Shown here in pieces: positions 24,914 through 55,264 of a DNA stretch of 64,000 nt. The notes under the pieces are model-generated. The model was not told where the DNA came from. It made no database searches and was given only the letters and a program-made list of their open reading frames with translations. The translations under genes and the position numbers were made by a program. Where the stretch lies: contig CM120646.1 in the NCBI GenBank assembly GCA_051362555.1, positions 15,686,001 through 15,750,000 on the forward strand, given 5' to 3'. Origin of the DNA: Lingula anatina (Eukaryota > Animalia > Brachiopoda). How positions within the stretch are numbered: position 1 is the first letter of the stretch; each line of letters starts with the position of its first letter.

Positions 24914-27900
24914 GTAAGTCGTAAGACGCTCGAAAAACTTCATTTAATATCCTCTTTAAAAGTTTCATTGATGCCCTGGAAGCCATTGCGGTTTGGATTT
25001 TAATTTTTAATGGCGACTGAGATTTAAAAGGATTTCGCTTTAGAGGACGCACATCACACTATTCTTGATGTCAACATCTTGATATGAGTTGCAGCACCTG
25101 TGTTTTGGAGGAAAATACCTACCAGAAGTATGTTTCTGAATGAAAAACTGAGATTTAAGGGTCTGAAAACGCAATCTGTGCAGCACAGCCCTTTGTCTAC
25201 TACCTGTTGCTGAGGGGGGCGAATGGCCAACTTTCTTTGTCTGCTTGTTGTGCAGCGTGGTCTGCTCGGTGGAGAACAAAGAAATAAATTCATATCTCAT
25301 TTACTATGCCGTTTAAAGCTTGTTTTTGTATTTCTTCATTACTTAAAGTTTACCTGAATTAAATTTTGATTTTTAAAATGTTTATTGAAATAAAGTTCTA
25401 ATGGGACTGATTTGAGATCTGAATGAAATGTTGTGATAACAGGTGATAATTTGTGTGTGCATACATCAGTACGTGCGTGTGTATGTATTTATGAATGCCT
25501 TATGGCATGCTGTTTTTTATATTATTTTTATTATAATATAATGTTTGCTGTACTAATTTGATTCTAATTCTTACTTAGACAAAAGTTGTTTTGCGTCCAA
25601 GTTTTTGTGCTTCATGACTTTTGACAAATAATGATAAAACTGTTTTTAATTCATTTAAAATCAGGACACTATTTACGTGAAGTTAAATGCATATTAAAGC
25701 AAAATATCATCATGAAATTGAGACCATAGGGCTTTGGCATTGTCATCTATGCAAACTCAGTTTTTGTGGCACATTTGCTAGTAAACTGCAGGTCCCTTTG
25801 ATTTCCTTTGGTAACAAAAAACGATTTTGTGCCCTCCTTTCCACACCCTCTTCATTATTGGCGCATGAATACCGTCACTGAAAAGAAAGTAGAAGGCACT
25901 TGTTTTAGACAACAAATGGTACTTCTTGCCTATGATAATTTATTGGAGTAGTGATAGTCAAAGATGTATTTTGTTTAGAAAAAAAAGGTGCATAGAAATT
26001 TTGATGTCTTTAACTTCCTTAAACTGTTTTTAATTAGTTTCTGTTCATATCTTAGCGATATAACATTCTTGTAAAAATTGACTTTATACCCTTGCTGAGT
26101 AGTTGCATTGTAAAGCGAAGTGAAACAAAGGGGAATGATTATCCATACAATTGATCACATTGCTGAAACCCAAGGAATAAAAAGATGGATATAGAATAGT
26201 GGTAGTTTACAGTACCAGGAAATAAGGCAGAAAATTTGTCGTATTTCAGTGCCTGAATCCCCTTAAAAGTTTCCTAAACACAATTTTGCACCAATTAAAA
26301 CTTTTTCTCCAGAAAAAAAGGCAATTCAAGTTTCTCAACAGGAATTCTTGCTTGCCCGTCCTTACATGTGGATTCAATGTTTTATATCATTTTAAATTTA
26401 AATCTAGTTTTAAATATCTGCCAAGTCACTAAAACCGCCATTTTTTCCTGTACACTACTGGTTCTTTTATTTAAGAGTTTGTTTTTTTTTTTAATTGTGT
26501 AAAAGGTCTAAATTGTGAAGTTTTGCAGGATATGTATGGACCTAGGAAATTTGACTTTTAGGCATTTTCAAATACCAATAGTATACCTTAAAGTAACCTC
26601 CCAATACCTTGAAAAGACGGATTAAAATTAGTAACTAAAAAAAGGATTAAAAAAAATTGTATCCAGTGTGGCATTTTCTTGTAGGTCACGTTTGCCTGAC
26701 TCATGGTGGTATTTATTATCTTCCGCAAAAGTCACTAATTTTTGTAATGCAAAAAGAATGACTTTGACCAGACAGGCAATGTTTATAGTTGGCAAATCAT
26801 CATCATATGTGGAGAAAGAAGACAACTTCCTTTAATTCAATTTTTGGGACTACAGCACTGTTAACGTAACTATGTTTCGTGTGTGTGTGTGTGTTTTTTT
26901 TTTTTTTTTAGTTTTCAGAGGACATATTTACAACAGTATAAACGATAGAAGATTGATCTGCGAAATGAAGATTGAATGACTTAAAAGGTCCTTAGGTTAA
27001 AGATGCATTATTTGTTCATATTCAAATACTTGTACAAGATGTAGTTTACTTTTGCCAGTTTTGTCCTGTCTATGTACAGTAGCACTTTCTATGTTGAAAT
27101 CAGTATAAAGTTACATTGATAATCAGGTTGTTACCCTCTAAAGACTTGGGGCTTAAATTTCTTCATTCTCCCCCACAAAACAGAATGGCGCAAGTCATTT
27201 TATATTTTATATAGGATTTTTCAAATACTTTAGTGACATTTAAGATTGTACCTACAGTGCTTACTGTAACACAGTTTTCAACCTTTTCAATTTAACTGCC
27301 AGACAAGCGTGAAGGCCATGGGAAAATTTGTTTTAAAGTAAGAAATAAAATCTTAAGAACGTCAGGAAAATGAAGTTCTGCTGATGCATACTGTGTTGAA
27401 GTTGTACTAGTAAATAACAAGATTTTAAAATAAAATATTTGATTTACCATGAAGTAAATGTCAATAATTGGCTTTCCTTTTCAAGTTTTGAGGTGTTTTA
27501 TTCAAAGTTAGGTTCCAATGTTGAAGCTAGAAACGAGAAAGAAAAAACATTTCTAGTAGTGATGCCGACTATATATGTAGCCTACTTTCTAAAACTTCAA
27601 TTCAAATTTCCCACTGACAGCCTTATTCTTAATGAAGGATCCTTTGATTTATGAAAGAAGATACAAAATATTTTCTTTGGAGAACTTATATGCTGAATAA
27701 AATCACATTTTGAGAGACAATTATATTTAGGTCAGTTTTCAGATACCCTTATATACTGCCTAGTATGAATAAAATGATAAGAAACGAATGTGATATCTCT
27801 TAAATGTTATAAAAGCTTTATATATCAATGCATCTAATTCTGCCAAATTAGGATCTTTTACAAGGAAATTGTTCAAAGTCACCACAGAAGAAGGAAAAAG

Positions 27901-27970
27901 AATATATTATTTGACTCGGTTTCATTTTCTCTTCCAGGGGGAGCAATGTCAGGATAGTTCTGAGGGGACT

Positions 27971-43185
<15,215 letters not shown>

Positions 43186-45560
43186 CCTATCACCATATTG
43201 TGTTCAGTATGACATAACTAGACAATTAAAACTTCTGTCGCCACTGCCGTAGTGCTCTTTTAAGTTTTTAAAGGGATTTTTTTATCCAAAGTACAAAAAT
43301 GGCTTTAAGAAGACTTCTGTTATGGCAACTAGAGTCTGTGTCTCTGTCATTCTCATAGTAAGGTGCTTAATTTTGGAGCAGTATTTCTATTCAGAGGATG
43401 AGAAATGGCTTATCGCTGGTGTTAAGTATTTAATGAATAGGGCCAGCTTTTGTCATGTGACTGTAGTATTGCCACATCGTTGTTGTCCTTCAAAGAGGGT
43501 ATTTCCAAATTTCAACTATGAGGAAGCTTGTACACAGTGGATGAGTGTTTGAAACAACTAAAGGTATCTGAAGAAGAATTGAGACTAATGAAACCTGGAA
43601 GTCTACATTAATCCAATTGGAGAAAGATGCACCAGAAATTGTTTTTGAAAAGCTCATGGCTTCATGGGGATTCTAGAGCAGGTAAAATACAGCCTCCCAT
43701 AGTCTATGACTTTGTGTTGCATTTGCTTCATCTCCATATATATCAGATGCATAGGAAACATGAAATGTAATATGCCAAAAGCATTGCAAGAAGGACTGAG
43801 GTGAGTTTCTTGTGGACCAAGGCAGTACTCAAGGTCATACCAGGAAGCCATTAAGAAACATCCATCAGCAGACTGTGGTAGAGCAAGGATGACTGGATAC
43901 TTCAAATAATTGATGAATTGGCAATTTGCCTAGATTTATTGGAATACATTATATGGACATGAGCTATTTCCGTGTTTGAATTCAATTCTAAGGCAGACCC
44001 CGAACCTACAGCTGGTTAGGTGTGAGGTCCCATGATATATTTTTTTTAACCTAGGCTCATGTTTTATTATAACAGTGGACCTTGTATGACATCAAAAGGA
44101 TACCAAGGAATCACTTTTACATTGTGCAGCTATTAAGAAGTTCTGGATATAGTTCTGAATTCGATGATGTCTGCCATGGATACAGGCCAAGTGCAAATAT
44201 GAACGAACAATTATTGAGAACAAAGTTCTATCAAGGGGCTGCCAGACTTGAGTTATATCTGAATACTTAGTAGAAATGCCAGGTGTGAGAAGAGACCCCG
44301 ACAGATTTTTATGTGGGTGAGAATTTATACTTCTGCCATTTATTTGACTCTTGTAAGTAAGAAGTTTGAAAATCATTGGCAGTAGGATTGGATAGGTTTT
44401 TAGTCAGGCAGTTTTATTGATTAGGTCATCTTGTTTCTGACTTAATTAATCAAGTCATTATTTTAAAAAATAAATGAAGTGTTGCTGCTGTGAACAATTT
44501 ATAGTATTGCAGTGTTCTGTAGCATTTATTAGGTAAAGATTTTTGAAGGCAGAACTTTATAGTACATATTACTCAAATATTTTGACAAAGTGCCTCATTT
44601 GACTGAAATGAAAAGTATATGTTGGCTGATTTTGCATACTGCATTTTGATATTGATTATTATATTTTTGAATAATCATTAAAGGGACCAACCATCAGATT
44701 TGATATCAGTTATTTTTGTAAAAAGGAATACAATGGGACATGCAAACTGCCTCATTATTATTGGGTAAATAGGATTGTAAAGTTTATATTTTGAATACAA
44801 TCAGTAAAGAATTGTTACATTCCCTTTACAGATCACTCAATCTAACACGATGATGTCATGCATAAATGTTTGATGTCATAGTTGATATATTTTGTCATTA
44901 TTATAGTGGAAAGGGGAGGAAATTTTCCTGGCATTCTCAACAAATTCCTTGTGTGTTTTTTTTTTGTTTTTTTTTTGTTTTTTTTTTTTTTTTTTTTTTT
45001 TTTGGGGGGGGGGGGGATGTCCAAATTCCAGATTGTGCTGTGACCATTCTTCACATCACTTAGTCATGTGATTGACTATGTGCATTCCATTTTGCATAAG
45101 GAAATTACTTTTAACAATAAGATAAATTACTTTATTTGAGAAGGATGTGTGCCTTTCAAATAAAAAGTCTGCTGTTAAGAAATTGGGGGAAATTCCTTTA
45201 AGTGATGTCATGAGCACAGTGGAAGAAATGCATTACTGTTGTTTATAACTGTCTTCTTGTTTCAAATGAATGTACATCCTCTTTTATTGTTGAAAAACAT
45301 TATTATTATTAAATGGTGTCATTCATGTAGCTCATAATTTCAGGACAGGTTTAAGAAAGGTCTTTTGAAACCGGTTTTAACAGTGGCAGAAAGTGCTGTA
45401 CATGGGCTTGTAAACATTTATGCTAAGAGTCATTTGTGCATATTCATTTCTTCCATAACAGTGTGTAGGCAGATTGTGACGTAACACTAGATAGAATGTG
45501 ACAGTTTAAAAGCTTTGGATCGTTCTCCAAGCCTTGATACCGTCTATTTGCACATTGCAT

Positions 45561-45670
45561 GATTTTGCGAATTGAGGAAATTTTAACATCAACAATACTA
45601 CCATCACCGGTGCTACGATTTTTCGAATTGAGGGAATTTTAACGTCAACAATACTACCATCACCGGTGCT
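45561..45670 (+). repeat. 56-bp tandem duplication downstream of the CDK stop (probable 3' UTR)
   Basis: gattttgcgaattgaggaaattttaacatcaacaatactaccatcaccggtgct occurs twice with few differences. Confidence 0.9.
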
Positions 45671-47526
45671 TTTTTAATACAGAAAAAGTGAGTGTAGATG
45701 AATGGATTTTCGTTTTCCTAGCGTATTTTCTGTACTCCCTCCTTTTATATTTAAGTTTGTCTTGATGTATACATTCATCAGTGTTTTCTTTGCAGTCAAA
45801 ATTCCCAGACTAGATTTTTAGTTGTATTTCAGTTTTATGCATACGAAGGTCTGTCTTTGTTTTCAATTTGAACTTTTTTCACTGCCGTTGTGTTTCTGAA
45901 GAACAAAATAGGTGAATTAAACATCACTAGGTAATAAACCTTTCGCATTTAGATTTTTATGTAAAGTGTACAGCTATTTAGTCTTAGAGCTTCATGTAAG
46001 TGCTGCTGCTATTTTTGTTGCAGACCTGTAGGTAAATGATGTATTGATGTCATTCGTAGAATCTTGATAAAAAATGGCCCTTAACGCTGGTCACTGTTCA
46101 TCAACTAAGATTTCAGTCAACATTTTAATTTGCATGCATTTATTTTCTGCGGAGGTGTGTTTATGTAGCTGGGATATTAAGCTTTTTACCCATTGTTTTT
46201 GATGCTCCGTATTATTGGAAGGAGATCTCAAACTGTGAAATATGCTATAGATGAAAACGAAAGCAGACGACAGCAATGAACCTTGTCAGAGCCCACGCAA
46301 TTCAGCCATACTGCAATCAATAAGTCACAGCAATCTGATTATTGGCAATTAATAACCAAAGATATTGTCATATGTGTGGCCTCCTTGTGTCAGTCGATAT
46401 CTGACCCGGTTATTGTCAAAAGGTTCCTCTTTTTTTACCTGTAGGAAAGATCACTTTTTAAGGTGTGTTTGAGTGCAGTAACGCTTACAGGTAACCGCTT
46501 GAGAAGTACTTGTTTTTGGTAGCGCAGTAAATAATCAGTTTTATTATTGCTTCGAATATGTTTTGCTTTTGAGTATATTTCTTGAGACGATTTAAAGAGA
46601 GGAAATGTCTAACAAAGTATGTTGTAATGAAATAACGAACAAAGGTTCGTTACATCTGTGTTGTACGATCCTTGATTATTGCAATGCATAACAATGCACG
46701 GTACCACGTTGATCACAATGATGTTTGTACCACCAATGTTCACTTATTTGAAGTGTGAAAAGAATAAATTTGTCAAATAAAAAATAATTGGATGGATTTC
46801 TTTTTACCTAAACTGAATATGCTTCGCTCTCGCACACACCTCGGACAACGTGCTGATGCTATGCACAGGTGTAAGACTTTCTCGTGTAAAGATGTCCCTA
46901 CTTAGGAGCATTCGTCACCTCCAATTTTTCAAGCAATTGGTGCAGAGGAATGTTTATATATTAACTTTTCTTTGATTAACCAAATCTAGATATCACCATT
47001 TGTTACTTTATATGTAAGTTTTACTGCTGTCTGATAAGAGTTGTGTGTGTCATGCGAGAAAATTAATGTTGCAAGTTCAAAATGCCAGCGCGTTTTTATA
47101 CTTGTGTATGAGTAATACGTACCGTAAACTTAATGTCTATATATAAGCAATTGAACATCTCCCAGCAAAAAGGACAAATAGCCGAAGTGAAAATGAAAAA
47201 TATATGTATTTCCTGAGAATAATCACGGAAGGTGTTAAAATTTATTGAGCAACAACCTTTAATCCGCACAGCAAAATTTTAATTAATGGCAGTCTATAGT
47301 TGTAAATAATTTGGCGTACTTTTTACCATATATTTTAGAAATTAAATATATCGTAGTTAACGATAAAAAGTTCAATACGACACTGAAGCAGATACGCTTG
47401 TGAGCTGCACGTGGAAGAAAGAAATAATCCTTGTAAATTGCCCTCTAGCCCTTAGAAACGCTTGTGCCCAAAATAATTTCAACATTCAGCAACCCTGCAT
47501 CACGCAAAGAAGGTCCTTTTTTCAAT

Positions 47527-48952
47527 TTACGGCAAAGTACCCGGGAACGCCAGTACATTGCGACCATCATACTTGAATGACTTTTCCACATCCGGGGCAG
47601 GAAAGAGGGCGCCACGGGCCGTACCCTTCCCCAAAAGGTCGTTAGACACCGTGCAGTCAATGATAACGTTCCCATTTGGAGGAACAAAACTGTTACATTC
47701 GTACTCGATGGAGATGGCTGTCCTGCCGCCGAAAATGTCGCTTTTCTCGCCGCAAAAGTCGATGGCGTAATCTCCACGTGAGATTTGTGCCCCGGCGTTG
47801 AGGGTGTTGCCGTAGGTGCCGGTGGCGGCAAAGTCCGACAGTACCTTTATTGCCCAACCTTGTAATAAAATGGTACGACACGAATATTAGCTGTTAGGTT
47901 AACGTTATAAGTGAATTGAATAAAGATTTAGTATTACAAATTTTTTACAGTTTATGTTGGCCCAATCCAGCCATCTCAAAAACTTTTGAGTCAAATGTCT
48001 GAATTAGAAAATAGGCACTTTTCCTTACGTACATCGACAATTTCTTCGTTGATAATCTAAATTAACTGAATTAAATGATCAAATTATTAATAAATAAATT
48101 AATTAATTTATTTATTCATTTATTCAAAAAAGGTGTTAATTCTATTCTCTTCGCCGCCTTCCCCAGGAATATTTCAACCTACCGCCATTCGAGACCGCTG
48201 AGTTAAAGAACCTTGCTTGATCGCCCATGCTTGCAGACACAAGTCGGTAGCGGCCAGAAGGGTTGAGGAGATAGTTGTAAAAAATGACCTCTCCCCCATT
48301 CCCGTCCTTCACCGAGTGTTTAATGCCGGTGCTATCCAAATAGGCCTCGTCTGGAAGGTTGGTAAAGTCGACTCCAAAACGCTCCTGTACGGACACAATA
48401 TATATATATTCTGCTCCTTAGATTTTCTTAATTATCATTAGTAACCCTTAAACTTTTACGAGAACGAGATGGAACTCACCTTGAACCAAGCTGCCGTGGC
48501 TTTGCCTTTTTTAATTGCCTCCTCCGCGCTTCGGCCAGCTTTCTGCTGATGTTCCACAAAGCTCTCTTTGTCGTACAGCCAGCCGAAACTGCCGTCGAAG
48601 ACGACCGTCAGTAAATATGGGTAACACGGCAGTCCGCCCTTTTCACAACCACAGCCGTTAGAGGTGCTAGGAGCTAGGACCATGTTGGACACCGACGCAG
48701 GCAAGGTCAACGCAAGCAGAAAACTAGCAAAAAATGAGTATTGAATGAATAAGGGGTCGTTTCTGGGGAGATTTAATTTGAAATATTTATCGCGATCAAC
48801 AATTTGATTTTTGTAAAAATACAAATGGTGACTTCCGTTGAATGATACTGAGACTCGGCATTGGTATTTTTATCAGCGATCAAGCATTTCTGCCTTAGGC
48901 CTAATTGAACACCGGTAATTCAATAAGACCCTTACCTGTACATGAAATTCAT
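47527..48952 (-). CDS. Uncharacterised secreted protein, paralogue A (about 264 aa)
   Basis: Exons 48936-48952, 48480-48723, 48183-48384, 47527-47858 (phases 2,0,1). Signal-like MNFMYSFLLALTLPASVS; motifs YLLTVVFDGSFGWLYDKESF, WFKERFGVDF, NYLLNPSGRYRL, NGGW, IDCTV, GKGTARGALFP, KYDGRNVLAFPGTLP. TATATAA at 49031-49037 on the minus strand. Confidence 0.88.
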
Positions 48953-51900
48953 GCTGCAATTTTGTCCAGTATTCCAGATTTTGTTACCAACGACAAATTG
49001 ACAATACCAGGTGTGCCAATATTCACGTGCTTATATACATGTGCTAAGTCAACCTGGTCATTAATAATGTAACAGATACGTATGTTTTCAAGGAGGGTGT
49101 CAGTTTCGTGGAGAGCTAATGCGTAATTCATTATGATGGACCATGGCGACCTTTAACCACAGCCACTTGTCTTGACCATAATGTTGGATATGATAAAATG
49201 ATCCACAAGGTATGCCTTTATCATGTCACGTCTTAAACAAGTGAGGGGGGGGCAAAACCAAACTTACGCCCGCAGGCTTCACTTCTAGCCAAACCACCCT
49301 CGAACAAATTCAAATTCGGTATAGCTTGGTTTTACTTTTGAATAAGCAATACATTTTTTTGGAGGGGGGGAGTAGGAGACTAACCCCCCTTCCCCAACGC
49401 TGTCTGGCCCTGTAGGAGCGCTACATGATAAATGTTTAAAGCTTGCACTCACTTTGAGGTCAACAAAATGTCAGTTATACTCGCCATACTACTCCATTTA
49501 TTTGACAGATAATGGGATCAGAGGTGAAAAACAAGTGCTTCATTAATTTTTAATGCCTACCTACAAGAACAGTATTAACCCAAAAAGCTATAGATGTGTC
49601 CTTTTTTTAGAACCTATCCATTCATTTAGACCAGTCCATGTTTTTTTTTTTTTTTTTTTTTTTTTTTTTGGGGGGGGGGGGGGGTGTCTCCCTGCACTAC
49701 ACTACAGCCATTGCTCATTATCCACAGTCTGGTAAAATACAAAAGTGAAATTATTCAAATATGAACATGTCGCACTTGATCTGCTGACACCCAGTAAAAG
49801 ACGAAATCGAGATAACCATATTGTGTACACTCGTTTGGAGGAGCATGGAAGAGAGTACTATTTTATTTTGCTGTATTTTTTAACTGTTACTGTTTAAAAT
49901 GTTTTTCTTTATATATTTCTTTCTCTCTCTTATTTGTTCGCGGCCTGTCCGCCTATCTGTCTGTCTGTCTGTTTGATCACCCGTTTATCTATTCGCGGTA
50001 ACCCGAAGAATCGTTCAAAGAGCCAGAAAGTCAATTCAATACACTTTTCGTCCACGTAACGAACTCGTCACCCTTTCGTACCCCATTGCCAGTGTACGTC
50101 AAAACTAACGTAATAGATGCAATCGGTGAAGAAGTTGCGGCTTTTCTGTCACCCATTACCCCTTAGTACTGCAGTGTCTTTGATTTACGATCAAAATGTT
50201 GTCCTTTCAAGTCTTGTACTTCCTATAAATTCGTCCCTTAGGAATTTCTTGGAACCCGCAAAGCATCGTATTCATCTTGTGCCTATAACAACTCAGAGGT
50301 GACAAAGTTCAGCGCTTGGTCTGCACGTTCAACAATGAGAGAGTGCATTGCACTTTTATAACTTCAATTTCAGATGCACATAATTAACGGATATACAGAT
50401 AGCGCAATGGGCAGTTCCTCATTTTCCCACTGCGGTGCTACAGAGCGGTGATCACTACACTTTTACCTGCACTGCGTCACTTCGGGAGAGCACGTGCCAT
50501 AATAATATGGACCATCCAACTGATCATTTAAACATTATCATTTTTATTATTATTAACACTTAAAGACAAAGATGAACTGCAACTTAATAATATAGTCCAA
50601 AACACAATATTTGAAAGGGAACAAACATCCTGATAAAAAACTTATTTCATAAAGAAAATGCCCATAGCATCTAAACCATTTTCTCGTGTCACAATTTAGT
50701 TTTGTCATCATGTGTAAATAATTCAAATCACAGTTTTAATAAATGTGTCTTTGAGTGTGAAGCAGCGTGAAAAAAAAACTCTGCGCGTGAATTTGAATTT
50801 GCCGCATTATCGCAATTGCGTTAGCTGATTACAGCATCTGCATTGCATTAGTTGTGAAAATGTTAACATCACATTGCATTTTTCTCATTTTTTACCAAGC
50901 GTCTATTGCAGTTGATGTGATACTAACTTTAGTAGTGTCACGTCACACAACCATTGGATTCACAGGTGTTCGTCCCAGTTGAAAAGAGTTCAAGACAGAA
51001 AAACCAACATGGCGGAGTACCTGCAGAGAGGTATAAAAACCACCCTGAGGTTCAGAGGTAACTGGGTGCATAAATGACCTTTGATAGCAATTTATTAATC
51101 CTTTGGTGAGTTATTCTTCCACTGATGTTTTTCAGAGAAATCACAAAATGTGGAAAATAAACAGAGACATTGAGCAATCAAATTAACCAGGTCTATTTAT
51201 TGTTTATTTGTTTATTTTTATTTGTTTATTCATAAAATTAATTAAAATCTTTTGATAATATTTTAGGTAAAAAATGTTTTGCTTTGATTTAATAGGCCTT
51301 GGTAACCAGTGAACGTTTTAACTGCTTCATCGGTAGAGTCGACGGCATTTAGCTATAAACATTAAACTGAAGCAACGAAAAAAATCAAAATCAAAAATAA
51401 TGTGATTGCAAAGACTGTCGTCAAGAGATCCAAGCAGGGCGTTGAGATTAAATTAGATCTTTAAGAGCAAAGCACTTCACTTTCAAATAAACTAAAGGCA
51501 GTTACTTTAAGTGTCGACTTCCCTTACACGAGTGTGTCGTATTCTAAGATATGGCCATATACTAACACCTATGTTGTTGCTATTAGGTAACCTACATGTA
51601 TGTTATGGATATTTTATAGGGTAAGGACTGAAGAAAACGTTTTTTTATAATTATGATTTACAAAAATGGGAAAAAAAGTTTTTTTCTGAAATTGCACTGC
51701 TTTTGAAGATTTTATATGAACCCATCACCTAAACATCTATCGAAGCGAGAAAAATATGGAGGAGGAAAATAGGCTAGCAAACAACACAGTAAAAATCGAT
51801 TAGAAAGAACCTAGAAAAACAGTCGGATTATTCGGTAGATATATAGGAAGTTTGGTGACCTTAGTGACCTTATTAAAATAAAACTAAAAACCAATAATAT

Positions 51901-54900
51901 GTTTTAAATACTGGCTTAAGTTTCAGACAGAGCATTTCTTTAGATTGGCGAGTGGGGCAGTTTCTATTGATTTTGACATTAACTACATGTCTATCCGGTG
52001 GCTATCCAGAGTCCGCATCACAATAAACGGAAGGGGCTCAAAACAAAATTTGTAATATTCATAAGGGGCGCGCCAATAATAATTCACTCAAAATAAGTTT
52101 TGGTGCCAGGATCAGCGCGACCCTACTGAAAGTGATACTTGCTGCCAAATTTATATTGCAACATATACGAGAAATAAGGGGGTTAAGGATATCTCCTGGA
52201 TGGAGACTATGCATATGGATAGCCTCATTCTCTTAAAGGATATTGACATATAGGAGGTAAGCAATCATTTCAATGCTAATTGTTCATTGAAGAAAACTTA
52301 CTGCTTTTTTTCTTTATTTACAAATACGAATTTTTCATCCCACTTTCGTAAAAGAAAAATCAGTTGGACATGCGTATAACTGAAGGTGTTTCTGTCCAAA
52401 TAACAACATACATAAATGAGAGCTTTTGGTGTAAATACCCTTTTATTAGCCAATAGATCTTTATCAAATTTTGAAGATTAATTATGTTTTTATTTGAGCA
52501 GTCCCGGACCCATATATCTCCACTGAAATACTGCGCCCACTGGTTTGTTCTTCGTACTCTATTTTCCAACATGTTTTAGTCGTTATGCCCGTCGTCCGTA
52601 GCAACATTGACAACGCCTATATGAACACGTTGTCATCATATTCATATGTCGCCAATGTGACGTAGGATTGAATACAACGTTGGGTCAACTGACCAACCCG
52701 AGTTTTACAAATATGTATTTTTCTGTCCGTGTCCAGTATCGGCAAAGAAGAATGACAAGGGAGTGATAGCAAACACGGAAGAGGTGGCGGGGATAAAACA
52801 CTAGGCAAATAAAGAAGTCAACCAGTGCAACAGGGAGGAATGATTAGCGTGTTACCCGTGTTTACTGTGATTATAAGAAATCATCTAATAAAGAAATTGA
52901 CTGCACGAAGTTCATTTTGAAATTTCTTCATCAAGCAGGGAGCCATGATGCTACCCTTATTATTTTCATCATTATCTTTGAGTAGCTTTACAACTGTACT
53001 AGTACGTGTTTAACACAGATATAGACAAACATGTACATACGCGAAATATTTATGTATGTTGCAATTCAAAACTGCGTTTCTGTCTGTCAATAGGAAAGCA
53101 TATTCACATGAAACCAGTAATTTTTTTAAAAAATTCTTATTTAAAAAATCAAAATGTAAACAAATAACTTAGGAAAAAAACAGCGCTACTAGTGTGTTCG
53201 TTAAGCACATTAAACAAAGTAGAATACCTCGCGACAGATATTTGTATTATATTGCAGTACTCGATTGTATGTGAAACAGTTCCTGGTAATAAAAGTCGTT
53301 GTCCAGCTATCTCATGGTGAGGCAAGGTCGCAAGATTTTTACAGAGATACATAGATTATACTAATATCAGCATCTGCATCTATTATTTATTTATTTATTT
53401 ATTTATTTAAGATATGGAAAAGAGGGTCCAATTGTCACCGTGGCAAGGCACCACTGTTTGTATAAAATCCAGCCGTACGGTAATACATATAGCAAGGGGT
53501 GGAGTAACTGTAATAGGGCACTTTCTATACAAATTAGGCATTAACATGACTTTATGTAACTGATACAATACATCAAGTGAATGCAGTGTGTGGGCCGGGT
53601 CAACGTGACATTAAGTAGACACCTGTATGGCGCGAAGAAAGCGTTCAGTCTGCAGATTTTTATTTTTTTTACTTTTCATAATAAATAAATATTGACTTCA
53701 CGAGTTTCTAATATGTTATTCATACCGCTTTAAAATCTATGCAAAAGAAGACTCGCAAGCCCATTGTACTTTGTACCTAAAAAGTAAAATTCTCAAGACA
53801 ATGGCGGTGTATCTGAAACATAGAAACCAAGTGCAGTGACGGTCGGAGGTTGTGAGTAGGAGATTCGAGGAAAATACAGTTTCTCGGGGAAATCCCAGAT
53901 GAAATACCTTACAGTGGCTGGTAAGGAAGGAGTTGCTGAAAACGGGGTATATGTAGGGCAAAAAATTATACTGTCAGGCAAACAGCATTGAGGAATTTAA
54001 CATTATAATATACTACTGTGTTTCACGAAAGGAGAGGTATTCATCTACGCACATTATAATGTACTACAGTGTTTCACTAAAGAAGAGGTATACATCTTCA
54101 TTCCCAGCTGTCTGCATATGCATTAAGTACATGCTGTTGTTTAACTCAAGTATTGTGGATAACAATAAGGGTAGTATCATAACTCCCTGCATGGGGAAGA
54201 AATTTCTTCATGCTCATTATCTTTTTTCTTTGATTACTTATAATCAATGTGAACACGGGTAGTACACTTATCACTTCTCTTTGTTGCACTCGTTGACTTC
54301 AATATCTGCGTGGTTATTTGCGTAGGTGAAATGATTGCAGTGCAGTTGTTTTTGTTTTGTTTTCATTATTCTCCTAGTCGTCTTATCAATTGAGTACCCA
54401 TTCTGTAGTATCCATAGTTACCGTGCTAATATGTCGTTTCTCAGAAGTACTGAAGTATATGACTTTATATCCATTCTAGCGCGACGATATCGATTCCTTT
54501 GAATTGATCCTCTTACAGCGTTGATCTCTATCGATTTTTATATTTTTCAGTACACAAAGCAATTTCATAGTCACATACTGTATAGTTGTTTATACTATTA
54601 TCTTTTACGTACCCGGTCGCCGTTGTATTGGCAGGTTTTTCTTTCAAATATCTAGATATACAGACTGTGCTAAATATTTTCTGGGACACTTGTATTGGTA
54701 AGTTTAACAAGAACAACATGTAAAAGACAAAGTAGCTGGCGAATCAAGAAGTGATTATCGGTATTTTTCTGTCTATATAACCTATAGCATTGTCAATTTT
54801 CTTTAAGCCACAGTAAACAGGAAGTCAATGTCGCATTGCGAATATATGCACAAGGAAAGGTAAATTTACCTTATTTCTGATTTATTTTTTCAAATCCTCC

Positions 54901-55138
54901 ATGGTTTGCTAGTTATAGGCAATTTAGAATCTATAATTTGTAACTGTACTTAAGCATAACTTTTAATGTAATCTAGGTTTTTTTTCTCGACAATTACCAT
55001 CAGCGCTATAATCATAACGATCATAATTCAAAGATAGCATGTACAAGAAAGAATTTATGAATTTTGTCCATGACGTCATAACAGCTCATAGGAAACAATT
55101 GTAGATTTACCATAAATCACCGTATAGATCTTGTATGT

Positions 55139-55264
55139 AAGAAATAAATAAGTTCGATTTAAATGCATCTATAAAGATCTACTGTGTTCGGCACAATCTT
55201 GATGATTGCACCAAACAAAGAAGATCTTTATCGATGCATTTAAATCTAAATAGTTTATTTCTTC
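55139..55264. repeat. Imperfect inverted repeat (probable MITE remnant) upstream of paralogue B
   Basis: aagaaataaa...gatttaaatgcatctataaagatct / agatctttatcgatgcatttaaatc...tttatttctt. Confidence 0.65.

Noticed and set aside
47445-47881. Apparent frameshift or pseudogene in paralogue A, since listed ORFs are in other frames
   Set aside because: Reading from the acceptor at 47858 gives an uninterrupted frame to TAA at 47527 that aligns with paralogue B.
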